Assembly (NCBI GenBank): GCA_963847185.1
Contig: CAWJYV010000009.1
Coordinates: 20,647 to 44,646, forward strand
Source: an uncultured Methanosarcinaceae archaeon
GTDB taxonomy: Archaea > Halobacteriota > Methanosarcinia > Methanosarcinales > Methanosarcinaceae
Reading direction: 5' to 3'
Length of the DNA: 24,000 nt
Shown here: one piece after another, positions 13,897-22,655 of the stretch
How the letters are laid out: the number at the start of each line of letters is the position of its first letter
Position numbering within the stretch: the stretch's first letter is position 1
The notes under the pieces: generated by a model
The model's database searches: none
What the model was told of the DNA's origin: nothing
Seen by the model: the letters and a program-made list of their open reading frames with translations, nothing else
Position numbers and translations under genes: made by a program

Positions 13897-14003
13897 CTGA
13901 TCATCCTCAATTAACTAATTCATCAGGGATTTTTACTGCTAAATTTGAAGGGGAAAGCAAAATTATAGTTTTTCCAGGAATTTTCCCATGCTGGATACTG
14001 AAA

Positions 14004-14017
14004 GGTACAATTGTACC
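14004..14017 (+). promoter_or_regulatory. 14-bp perfect palindrome GGTACAATTGTACC with the same ACAATTGT core
   Basis: It lies 163 nt upstream of the wHTH gene. A half-site, CTCACAATG, lies about 30 nt upstream of ATG 14180. Confidence 0.4.
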
Positions 14018-14179
14018 AGGCATTTATTAAAGCAAATGTTTATTTTAGCCATATCCGGCCTTTCAGATATCCTTTTTGTACCCATTTGCATAATTTGAAC
14101 CAACAGGTTTAAAAATAAAGACAGCTTCTATGAAAATGGTGACTCACAATGAGGGATCGTTTTTGTTGTTAATGAACCA

Positions 14180-14446
14180 ATGAATAGCAGTCTGAATGAA
14201 ATTGATTATGAAAAGCTTGAAAAGCTGCCTCCATCTGCAAAGCTTGTGTTTAAAACTCTTGAAGCAAACGGACAAATGACACAGAAAGATTTAATTCGTG
14301 AAACAATTCTTCCTTCACGCACAGTAAGATATGCACTAAACAGGCTAAAGGAAGAAAAGATTCTGATGGAACGTTTTTATTTCCTTGACTCACGCCAGAG
14401 CCTTTACGAAATAAAGAGGCAGGTGAGTAATGCTCTTGCAGTCTGA
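14180..14446 (+). CDS. small winged-helix (MarR/TrmB-like) DNA-binding protein
   Basis: 88 aa. LPPSAKLVFKTLEANGQMTQKDLIRETILPSRTVRYALNRLKEEKILMERF is a typical archaeal wHTH layout. Confidence 0.7.
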   Translation: MNSSLNEIDYEKLEKLPPSAKLVFKTLEANGQMTQKDLIRETILPSRTVRYALNRLKEEKILMERFYFLDSRQSLYEIKRQVSNALAV

Positions 14447-14509
14447 GTAAAAAATGTGGCATTGTTAATTAAATATATCTAACTCTTTATTTCTGTATTT
14501 CATTAAGAG

Positions 14510-15037
14510 AAGAACCGAGTACTTTAGCGTTTCAGGACTCTTCGTATTCTTCTCTAATTTTTCCCAGAGTTGTTGTCCTGTTTCCGTTCCTCTGCTGCCA
14601 AAAGATCAGTCGATGAACTTTTTTCCAACTCTATCAACAGCAATCCAGATCCAGCAATACTTTTTTGTTACCGATGTAAGTATGCATCTCATCGAGTTCA
14701 ACAATAGAGATCTCATTTTCGCTTTTTAGGTCCTCTAACTCCTGACCAAATTTCTTTATCCATTTTTGGACAGAAACATGACTTTCTCCCAAAAAACGCC
14801 CTATTTAGCGAAATCCTAATCCTTCAAGATAGAGTTGTAAAGCTGTCTTTTAACAGAAGGGGAGCTAGCAGTTGATTTTATCTCTACTGAATAGTTATAT
14901 CCACAAGAATGACATTTGTAGCGTTGACGTCCATCAACTATACCGTTCTTTTTATGATTGGAATTCTTACATCTTGGACAGTTCATACAGAAATATAATT
15001 TCTCATAAAAAAATAAATAACTATATTTAATTACCAA
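14510..15037 (-). mobile_element. decayed, 3'-truncated IS1-family transposase relic
   Basis: Zn-finger N-terminus MNCPRCKNSNHKKNGIVDGRQRYKCHSCGY (track ORF 14816..15037). Shifted frames then read LQLYLEGLGFR*IGRFLGESHVSVQKWIKKFGQELEDLKSENEISIVELDEMHTYIGNKK and KKYCWIWIAVDRVGKKFID*SFGSRGTETGQQLWEKL. I count at least 2 frameshifts and in-frame TAA and TGA stops. Confidence 0.65.
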
Positions 15038-15041
15038 TGCA

Positions 15042-15092
15042 GTTGTTTTTACTTCTATGTTGTTTTTATTTCTATGTTGTTTTTACTTCTGT
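15042..15092. repeat. 17-bp tandem repeat x3
   Basis: GTTGTTTTTACTTCTAT / GTTGTTTTTATTTCTAT / GTTGTTTTTACTTCTGT at 15042, 15059 and 15076. The third copy covers the stop and last codons of the flavoprotein gene. Confidence 0.9.
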
Positions 15093-15781
15093 GCCTCTAG
15101 GGCCTTCTGTCGCTTTACTAACCTGGCCCCTATCTCAAAAGCTTTCTGACAGTCTTGTGGAAAAACTTCTTCGCGCCTTTTTGCTTTTTCTTTGGGATCA
15201 ACTATATCTGCGACATACTTTGAATAGTCATCGAACTGATATGTATCGGTACTGCACAGTGATTCGGAATATCCAAAAATTCTCGTTGCAATTCCTTCAT
15301 TTAATTCAATAGTTTTATTAAGTCCAAAAAAATCAAAGTGTTCTTCTTTTGCACCCATGGTGTAAATGTACCCCACAGAGATGTTTTTCGGGTACAGTGA
15401 TACTGGATTAGCAGAGTAAACTAGATATGGAAATATATACCGCTCCATGAATGATCTCATCTCGCCTGTGGAATTTCCAAGGTAGATGGGTGATCCAAGT
15501 ATAACTGCATCAGCATCTTTCAGCCTTTCCAGCACAGGTGTCAGTTCATCCTTCATTGCGCATTTTCCATAGCTTTTTCCATCTTTTACTTTGCAGGCAA
15601 AACAACTTGTGCATCCTTTAAAATTGAGGTCATAGAGATGGATTATTTCTGTTTCTGCACCTTCCGAAGCTGCACCTTCAAGAGCTTTCTCAAGCAGAGT
15701 TGCCGTATTCCATTTCTTCCTGGGGCTTCCATTTATTGCTATTACTTTCAAATTTTTGCCTCCATTTTTTCTCCTGATCAT
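15083..15781 (-). CDS. flavodoxin-fold NAD(P)H-dependent FMN reductase / iron-sulfur-flavoprotein-like protein
   Basis: KVIAINGSPRKKWNT and ILGSPIY are FMN_red hallmarks. CTSCFAC-x10-C is a compact Cys cluster as in Isf-type proteins. The true start may be TTG at 15751, which has GGAGG 7 nt upstream. Confidence 0.8.
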   Translation of the reverse strand: MIRRKNGGKNLKVIAINGSPRKKWNTATLLEKALEGAASEGAETEIIHLYDLNFKGCTSCFACKVKDGKSYGKCAMKDELTPVLERLKDADAVILGSPIYLGNSTGEMRSFMERYIFPYLVYSANPVSLYPKNISVGYIYTMGAKEEHFDFFGLNKTIELNEGIATRIFGYSESLCSTDTYQFDDYSKYVADIVDPKEKAKRREEVFPQDCQKAFEIGARLVKRQKALEAQK

Positions 15782-16115
15782 TTCTCCTTATTTTGGATGT
15801 GTTTGATAAATCTATCTGAATAATTTCGGCAAAATAATCATCATTTTTTCATTCTTTCAGGCGTTTAAGAGGCAGGACCATTTAGTCAACCTGGACCTGA
15901 TGATCATTCTGATTGATGTTTAATTTTTATACAAACCATCAAAGGGATGCAGATTTTCGTCAGCGAAAGGCGATTACAGAATTATTTGGCTTAAGTCCGG
16001 GAAATTCAAGACAGGAACTCTGAAATAGGAGTAACTAAAAATATATAATATGTTGAACAACTTGTTATAAAATTGAATTCAGTGATCCTCACAAAAACTG
16101 CAGGCTAATGACAAT

Positions 16116-17795
16116 ATGATACGTAAAAGACTTCATCGCTATGCCATGCTGAAAAGATATGGCCAGATAATTGAGGTTCTCCAGAAATATGGTTTTGGAT
16201 ACATTGTTGACCAGATAGGGTTGAGCAGTATCAGAGATCTGACTTACAAGTTTAAGAATAAAGATAAGGCGAACAAGCTCAATACTTCAGGTCCGGTCAG
16301 AGTACGTAAGATACTTGAAGAACTCGGTCCGACTTACATAAAGTTAGGTCAGCTACTGAGCATGAGACATGACCTTGTGCCTCTGGAATATGCTAAAGAG
16401 TTCGAAAAACTTCAGGACGAAACACCCTCTTTTGAATTTGAAGAAGTTGAGATGATTGTAAGTGAAGAACTAGGACATTCCATCGAGGAATTGTTCGATT
16501 ATTTTGAGATAAAACCACTTGCCTGTGCTTCTATCGGGCAGGTGCATAGGGCAAAAATAAAAAATGGTGATGAAGTCGTCGTGAAAGTTCAGCGCCCTGG
16601 CATAAAGGAAGTAATCGAATCCGATCTGGACATTATGTACAGTATAGCCAGGCTTGTTGATGAGCACATGCCAGAGGCGAGACTGTACAGACCAATAGAG
16701 ATCGTTGACGAGTTATCGCGCAGTATTCTTGCAGAAATAGATTATACTCAGGAAGGCTGGAACACCGATCGTTTTGCAGGAAATTTCAGGGACAACAGTC
16801 AGGTTCATATCCCAAAAGTTTACTGGGACTATACAAATACACGGGTGCTGACGCTGGAATATATCAAAGGCGTAAAAGGCAGCCGTATGGATGTATTGGA
16901 AACGCGCGGGTTTGACAGGGGTAATATAGCTCTTGTCGTGGGGAGAGCTTTCATGCAGCAGGTATTTGAAGATGGTTTTTTCCATGCAGACCTGCATCCA
17001 GGAAACATCCTAATTATGGAAGGCGGAACCGTAGCATTTCTTGATTTTGGGATGACGGGTCACCTCTCCCCGGAAATAAGCGATACTTTCCTTGACGGGA
17101 TAGTGGCTTTAGTTAAGGGAGATAGTTCGACATTTATAGAGCTGCTCCGAGATATGGGTTGTGTAGAGTCTCATGCAGACACAAGATCATTGAAAGTGGA
17201 CATTGAATCTTTTCGCTCAAAATACTATGGCAAGTCTTTGAAAAAGCTTGATGCTTCCATAATAATTGAAGAGTTAATAGGTACTTTAAGGGAACATAAG
17301 GTTACAATACCTCATAACATAGCCTTATTAGTAAGAGGTATAGTCGCTGTTGAAAGCTTTGGACTTATAATTGATCCGGGTTTTAATTTTAACAAGATTC
17401 TCGAGCCTTATGCAAAAAATGAAATGAAAGAACGCTTTTATCCGCAAAACCTGGCTCGCAGAACCTATTGCAGTATTTCAAGCTGGTCGCGTCTGTTACA
17501 GAAAGCACCAATTAAAATCTCACATATACTTGACCACGCTGAAAACGGCTATTTAAGAATAAGATTCGAATCCGAAGATGCCAATCGAGTGATATCCGAG
17601 ATTGACGCTGCAAGTAACCGTCTATCTTTCAGTCTGGTTATCTCTGCTATGATTATCGCTTCCTCTCTGGTTATTCAGACAGATATGAAACCTTCCGTTT
17701 GGGGTGTGCCTCTTCTTGGTACATTCAGTTTCTTTATTGCCAGCGTCTTTGGAATGTGGCTTGTATATAATATATTCAGGACAGGTAGAATATAA
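16116..17795 (+). CDS. ABC1/UbiB (AarF) atypical kinase family protein with C-terminal TM helices
   Basis: 559 aa. LGPTYIKLGQLLSMRHDLVP, ASIGQVHRA, VVVKVQRPG and FFHADLHPGNIL are ABC1-family blocks. The C-terminus is hydrophobic. Confidence 0.85.
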   Translation: MIRKRLHRYAMLKRYGQIIEVLQKYGFGYIVDQIGLSSIRDLTYKFKNKDKANKLNTSGPVRVRKILEELGPTYIKLGQLLSMRHDLVPLEYAKEFEKLQDETPSFEFEEVEMIVSEELGHSIEELFDYFEIKPLACASIGQVHRAKIKNGDEVVVKVQRPGIKEVIESDLDIMYSIARLVDEHMPEARLYRPIEIVDELSRSILAEIDYTQEGWNTDRFAGNFRDNSQVHIPKVYWDYTNTRVLTLEYIKGVKGSRMDVLETRGFDRGNIALVVGRAFMQQVFEDGFFHADLHPGNILIMEGGTVAFLDFGMTGHLSPEISDTFLDGIVALVKGDSSTFIELLRDMGCVESHADTRSLKVDIESFRSKYYGKSLKKLDASIIIEELIGTLREHKVTIPHNIALLVRGIVAVESFGLIIDPGFNFNKILEPYAKNEMKERFYPQNLARRTYCSISSWSRLLQKAPIKISHILDHAENGYLRIRFESEDANRVISEIDAASNRLSFSLVISAMIIASSLVIQTDMKPSVWGVPLLGTFSFFIASVFGMWLVYNIFRTGRI

Positions 17796-17932
17796 CTCTC
17801 AAAAATGAAAGTTACAGAAAAATTACGCCTAATTAAATATAGAAATAAAGTCTAAAAATATCTCATAAATCTCTCAGGAGTAAGCAAAATAAATTAAGCC
17901 AAGAATTTGACTTGATGACGCAAAAAACTGAA

Positions 17933-18020
17933 AAAGGAGCCCTGAGCTTTACTTTAAAGCTTTTTTCTATTTTGGGGATAAAGGAACCCTGAGTTCTATT
18001 TTAGATCTTTGTCTATTTGG
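17933..18020. repeat. imperfect ~47-bp direct repeat x2 in a convergent intergenic region
   Basis: AAAGGAGCCCTGAGCTTTACTTTAAAGCTTTTTTCTATTTTGG versus AAAGGAACCCTGAGTTCTATTTTAGATCTTTGTCTATTTGG, about 80% identical by eye. Confidence 0.5.
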
Positions 18021-18160
18021 AGTTTGACCTCAGTTTTGAGTATAAAAATGGAGTATAAGGATGGGCTATGGATTTGTAAGGCCATAAATCAATCCATCTT
18101 ATACCGCTTGAATCTTTCCTGGTACCTGTGGGCGTCCAAATTTTTTGCACCTATGGACGT

Positions 18161-20545
18161 TTAAAGACTGTGCATGGGCGCAAAACTATTTCCTGAGTAT
18201 GTTACTGCCGATCCTGGCAGGTCAATACCCAGGGCTTCTTTCAAGACCTCTTCAATGGTCTCTACAGGTACGAATTTAAGTTCGTTTCTGACATCTTCAG
18301 GCACATCCTCAAGATCTCTCTCGTTTTCTTTTGGCAGGATTACCTTCTTTATGCCTGCTCTGTGGGCTGCAAGAACTTTTTCTTTTATGCCGCCAACAGG
18401 CAATACGGCACCGCTTAATGTAATCTCTCCTGTCATGGCAAGTTTGGGATCAACCGTTTTGCCGGTAATGAGAGATGTCAGGGCAGTGAAGAGTGTTACA
18501 CCTGCTGAAGGGCCGTCCTTTGGAGTTGCACCTGAGGGTACATGGATATGAATGTCTCTTGAAGTGAAGTCAAAGCTGTTTGCATTTGCAAGCCTGGACC
18601 TTACAAGGCTCTGGGATATCTTTGCAGACTCTTTCATCACGTCCCCGAGCTGGCCTGTAAGCGTAAGCTTTCCGCTGCCCGGCATAAATGTGCCTTCTAT
18701 GAAGAGAATGTCTCCACCTACAGGGGTCCATGCAAGGCCTGTGACTACGCCAGGGACATTCTCTTTTCTGGCCTCTTCCTGCCGGATCAGTTCTTTTCCG
18801 ATGACCTCTTTGAGCATATCCGGCTTCACCACATAAGGAAGGTCAGCCTTTCCTGACACGATTTTCTCGGATACAAATCTTGCAGTCTTTGCAAGCTGTT
18901 TCTTAAGCCCTCGGACTCCTGCTTCACGGGTATATTTGTCGATGATTACCTTCAAGGCTTCGTCTTCAATTTTGAGTTTATCTGCATCAAGTCCATGCTC
19001 TTCCAGTACGTAGGGAAGCAGATGGTCTTTTGCAATTGAAAGCTTCTCGTTTTTAGTGTAGCCTGAGATCTCGATCATTTCCATTCTGTCAAGGAGAGGC
19101 CAGGGGATGCTTGCAAGGGAATTGGCAGTGGCTATGAACAATACGTCAGACAGATCATAAGGGACTTCCAGATAGTGATCTGAGAACGAGCCATTCTGTT
19201 CGGGATCAAGGACTTCGAGAAGAGCACTTGCCGGATCTCCTGCATAGGAAGCTGAAAGCTTATCGACTTCGTCGAGGATAAACACCGGGTTCTTAGTGCC
19301 TGCTTTTCTCATACCCTGTATGATTCTTCCCGGGAGAGCTCCTACGTATGTCCGCCTGTGTCCTCTGATCTCGGCTTCGTCTTTGACACCACCAAAGCTG
19401 ACTCTTACGTATTTCCTGCCAAGGGCATCTGCAATACTTTTTCCCAGACTTGTTTTACCTGTGCCCGGAGGTCCTATGAAGAGCAGGATTGAGCCCTGTT
19501 TCTCGCGTTTCAATTTCATTACCGCCAGATGCTGGATTATTCTCTCCTTAACCTTTTCAAGTCCGTTGTGATTACTCTCAAGCACACGGCGGGCTTCTGC
19601 GATATCAATACTCTTTTTCTCTTCTGTTACCCAGGGGAGATCAAGCAAGAGGTCCAGATAATTTCTGATAACATGGCTTTCAGGGTTATGGTTTCCTCCC
19701 ATCTCGAGTTTCTTTAACTCTGCCAGTGCCTTTTTCTTTACCTCATCAGACATCTTCGAGTTTTCAATTCTCTCCCTGTATCCAATCTCCTCGGAATCGG
19801 AACCCTCACTTTCATTGAGTTCATCCTGGATTACTTTGAGCTGCTCCCGCAGCAGAGCTTCTCTATGAGACTTACTTATTTTATCGGACACTTTTTTTGC
19901 CACTTCTACCTGGATGTTGATATTTTCTTTTTGCTTTGTCAGGATGTAAAGAAACGTCAAATAACGCTCACGAACAGAAATGATCTCCAGAAGGTTCTGT
20001 TTTTCTGCAAGATTTATCGGCATAAAGGGCATAACATATCCCATCACCTGGTCAATGGAATCCATCTTCTCTAGTGGCCGGGTAAACTGTTCAGAGCCCT
20101 GGAAACGGTTGCTGATATCACGAACTGTCTTTTTTACATCCGCCATGATTTCTTCCTGGAAATCTTCATCTAGATCAGGAATATCAGACACAGGTTCATA
20201 TTCAGCATAGAATATTCCATCTCTTTTGTTCAGGGAAACAGCCTCAACTCTCTGAGTAGCCTTTGCAGAAATCAGATATCCATCATCAGCAGGCTGCACA
20301 AATGTTACTTTAAGCAAATTTCCGATCTTATACAGATCGTCTTCTGATAGATCTGAGAGTTTTATCCCGCTTTTTACTGTCAGTCCTATTGCATATGTGG
20401 ATTCACCGTTCTCCATTTCAGTTAAGAGTAATTCTCCTGTGGTTTTGTCAGCCAGGAATTTTGTCCGGCTTTTGGGGTAAATCACTATGTCAAAGAGCGG
20501 TATTATGAGACTATCCCGGTTATCATGAGTTTGTTTTGAATACAT
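18161..20545 (-). CDS. lon: ATP-dependent Lon protease, LonA (bacterial) type
   Basis: 794 aa with a LON N-domain, Walker [10 protein letters not shown], Walker B FILDEVDK, and the protease Ser in PKDGPSAG. No membrane insertion is seen in the AAA+ module. Confidence 0.9.
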   Translation of the reverse strand: MYSKQTHDNRDSLIIPLFDIVIYPKSRTKFLADKTTGELLLTEMENGESTYAIGLTVKSGIKLSDLSEDDLYKIGNLLKVTFVQPADDGYLISAKATQRVEAVSLNKRDGIFYAEYEPVSDIPDLDEDFQEEIMADVKKTVRDISNRFQGSEQFTRPLEKMDSIDQVMGYVMPFMPINLAEKQNLLEIISVRERYLTFLYILTKQKENINIQVEVAKKVSDKISKSHREALLREQLKVIQDELNESEGSDSEEIGYRERIENSKMSDEVKKKALAELKKLEMGGNHNPESHVIRNYLDLLLDLPWVTEEKKSIDIAEARRVLESNHNGLEKVKERIIQHLAVMKLKREKQGSILLFIGPPGTGKTSLGKSIADALGRKYVRVSFGGVKDEAEIRGHRRTYVGALPGRIIQGMRKAGTKNPVFILDEVDKLSASYAGDPASALLEVLDPEQNGSFSDHYLEVPYDLSDVLFIATANSLASIPWPLLDRMEMIEISGYTKNEKLSIAKDHLLPYVLEEHGLDADKLKIEDEALKVIIDKYTREAGVRGLKKQLAKTARFVSEKIVSGKADLPYVVKPDMLKEVIGKELIRQEEARKENVPGVVTGLAWTPVGGDILFIEGTFMPGSGKLTLTGQLGDVMKESAKISQSLVRSRLANANSFDFTSRDIHIHVPSGATPKDGPSAGVTLFTALTSLITGKTVDPKLAMTGEITLSGAVLPVGGIKEKVLAAHRAGIKKVILPKENERDLEDVPEDVRNELKFVPVETIEEVLKEALGIDLPGSAVTYSGNSFAPMHSL

Positions 20546-20628
20546 TGTTAGCCTTCTCGATTATTCTTTCAATCTTTGTGTCGATTATTTAGTTTTAATT
20601 GACCTAACTATTTGGCCGGACAAAAAAA

Positions 20629-21048
20629 TTACCTTATTTTCCCTAGAATATCAATAAGGGCGTCCATATCGTCGTCGTCCAGAGAGTCTGCAACCTTCTC
20701 GATAAGTTTCATCAGAGCTCTATTTTCGGCACGTGCTATCATCTGCCCTTTTTCGGTTAGACGAATGTAATAGATTCTTCCGTCATCTGGAGATTTTTCT
20801 CTACACACACAATCCATTTTGACGAATTTATTAATCATCTCTGTAATTGTGGGTTTTGAGTTTCTGGTGATCCTGGCAAGCCTGCTGAATGTTACTTCTT
20901 CGTATTCATCAATGGCTTTTAGATATCCGATTTGCTTTACGGTAATATCCGACAACCCGCACTCAGAAAAGATCTCACAAGAGCATTCGCTTTTGATTTT
21001 AACCAGCTTTTCAAAAACTATGAATAAATGCTCTTTTTTCTCCATCAT
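20629..21048 (-). CDS. MarR-family transcriptional regulator
   Basis: 139 aa. ITVKQIGYLKAIDEYEEVTFSRLARITRNSKPTITEMINKFVKMDCVCREKSPDDGRIYYIRLTEKG is a wHTH plus wing. Confidence 0.8.
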   Translation of the reverse strand: MMEKKEHLFIVFEKLVKIKSECSCEIFSECGLSDITVKQIGYLKAIDEYEEVTFSRLARITRNSKPTITEMINKFVKMDCVCREKSPDDGRIYYIRLTEKGQMIARAENRALMKLIEKVADSLDDDDMDALIDILGKIR

Positions 21049-21320
21049 TTTTAGTCCCTATTCAGTTACACCCGTTAGTTAGGGTTTACCTAAGTATATA
21101 GTTTTCGGTGGTATCGAGTCTTAATACTTATCAAATTTTTCAGATTCCCTTATTCCCCTAATTCTTCTGTTTCCCCTATTCGTTTCCTGATTTTTTCCAT
21201 TCTTTTGCTTCTCCTGCGTTTTTTGCTGAATTCTGGGTTTTAAGAAAAAGAATTTTTCGACAGGTTTGAGTTTCAGAAGTTGGCGATTATTTTAATAATA
21301 TCAGTGTATAATACAAGCGC

Positions 21321-21947
21321 ATGCCCTCCGAGTCTCAAAGGGACGAGGATGATTACGAGTCTCGATATATAGACAAGTACCTGAGCGAATATGCAAGTAT
21401 TTCGTCAATTGTACGCGAGGCGTTGCCTTTTGAACTTATTGCTACTGTGGGAGGAGTCTTTGCAGGAGTTATTTTTGCAGGGATGACAAAAGAACTTGAG
21501 ATGATTCCCGGACTGATTGTGATTTATCCCGGAGTGCTTGGGCTCAGGGGTAACATTTCCTCAACTCTTGGCTCAAGGCTTGGCAGTGCAATCCATATGG
21601 GCCTTATTACCGGATTCGACAGGCACAACCCGGAACTTACCAATAATATCTCAGGTTCTCTTATTCTTAGTTTCATAACGGCTATCCTGCTCGGATTTCT
21701 AGGGCATTTCATGACCCTTGCTTTCGGCTTTGAAAGTGCAGGAGCGTTTAAACTTATCCTTATCTGCGTAATTTCAGCGATGTCGTCTGCAGTAATCCTC
21801 TCTTTTGTTGCAGTCCTGCTCGCTATAGGGATGTTCAGATTTGGTTTTGATCCCGATAACGTTGTTACTCCCTCTATTGCCACAATTGGAGACATTGTTT
21901 CCATGCTTATGCTTTTTCTCTCGGCAAAACTGGTGGTGATGTTTTGA
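21321..21947 (+). CDS. MgtE-type divalent-cation transporter membrane-domain protein (half-size, copy 1)
   Basis: 208 aa, polytopic. PGLIVIYPGVLGLRGNISSTLGSRLGSAIHMG and DPDNVVTPSIATIGDIVS match the MgtE/SLC41 membrane-domain pattern. Confidence 0.75.
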   Translation: MPSESQRDEDDYESRYIDKYLSEYASISSIVREALPFELIATVGGVFAGVIFAGMTKELEMIPGLIVIYPGVLGLRGNISSTLGSRLGSAIHMGLITGFDRHNPELTNNISGSLILSFITAILLGFLGHFMTLAFGFESAGAFKLILICVISAMSSAVILSFVAVLLAIGMFRFGFDPDNVVTPSIATIGDIVSMLMLFLSAKLVVMF

Positions 21948-22522
21948 AAAAGACTGGAAGTCAGACTTCATACTATACAGTTAATGGGATTGTACGGCGT
22001 GGACTTCCTGTACTTTTGATCACCTGTGTAATGGGGATTTTTGTTGGACAGATTCTGAACACAAGAGAAAGTAGCCTTATTTCCATGCCTGCAATACTGA
22101 TCCTTATTCCTTCACTTATCAAGATTGGAGGAGATACCGGAAGTATGCTTGGCGCAAGACTTTCTTCGGCTTTCCATATGGGGCTTGTAGACAACTTTCG
22201 AAGGAACCCGGTTGTAAACAACAGTGTTATTGCGGCTTCAATCGTGGGTTTCGTTTCATCGATTTCTGTCAGCATCCTGGTCTTTCTGGCAAGCAAAATT
22301 CTGGGATTCGGGATGCCTTTCCTGATCCTTTTGAAAATCAGTCTTATAGCTGTTATTATAGAACTTTCCTTTGTATACTCTGCAACAATTGCGATTTCCT
22401 TTGCTTCTCACCGCTTCGGGATAGACCCCGATGATACTGTTATCCCTTTAATAGCGAGCCTTGGAGACCTTGTAGGAGTTAGTGGAATTCTCGTAGCTCT
22501 ACATCTACTGCATATCTTATAA
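21944..22522 (+). CDS. MgtE-type divalent-cation transporter membrane-domain protein (half-size, copy 2)
   Basis: 192 aa. It is a paralog of the preceding gene (IPSLIKIGGDTGSMLGARLSSAFHMG; DPDDTVIPLIASLGDLVG), with a 4-nt start/stop overlap. Confidence 0.75.
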   Translation: MKKTGSQTSYYTVNGIVRRGLPVLLITCVMGIFVGQILNTRESSLISMPAILILIPSLIKIGGDTGSMLGARLSSAFHMGLVDNFRRNPVVNNSVIAASIVGFVSSISVSILVFLASKILGFGMPFLILLKISLIAVIIELSFVYSATIAISFASHRFGIDPDDTVIPLIASLGDLVGVSGILVALHLLHIL

Positions 22523-22655
22523 GTAATATCAGCATTGGAAATCAAACTTAGTAATTCCTGAAAGCTCTTAAATTTCGGAATAATTCAAAAATCAATAATT
22601 ACTATGAAGTATATACTCATACGCACCGACATAAGGTAGAGTTGATCTAGAGACC

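Noticed and set aside
14813-14815. In-frame TAG after the IS1 Zn-finger ORF as a possible pyrrolysine codon (Methanosarcinaceae context)
   Set aside because: The same relic also carries in-frame TAA and TGA stops and at least two frameshifts, and it is not a methylamine methyltransferase. This is pseudogene decay.
15751-15763. AATTTTTGCCTCC, resembling the start of promoter motif 1
   Set aside because: It is only a partial match (no palindromic second arm), and it lies inside the 5' coding region and RBS of the flavoprotein gene.
18174-20210. Multiple plus-strand ORFs (18174, 18552, 19296, 19529, 19865, 19980) inside the lon gene. Analogous antisense or alternate-frame ORFs overlap hgcA (10589, 10734, 10986, 11033, 11256), nifK-like (3491, 3786, 4094, 4275), nifH-like (12149, 12678, 12712, 12725), the MgtE-like genes (21524, 21774, 21973) and the TrkA-C gene (22829, 23049, 23487, 23540)
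   Set aside because: All are shadow ORFs, on the opposite strand or in an alternate frame, overlapping strongly supported coding regions. None shows a recognisable motif.
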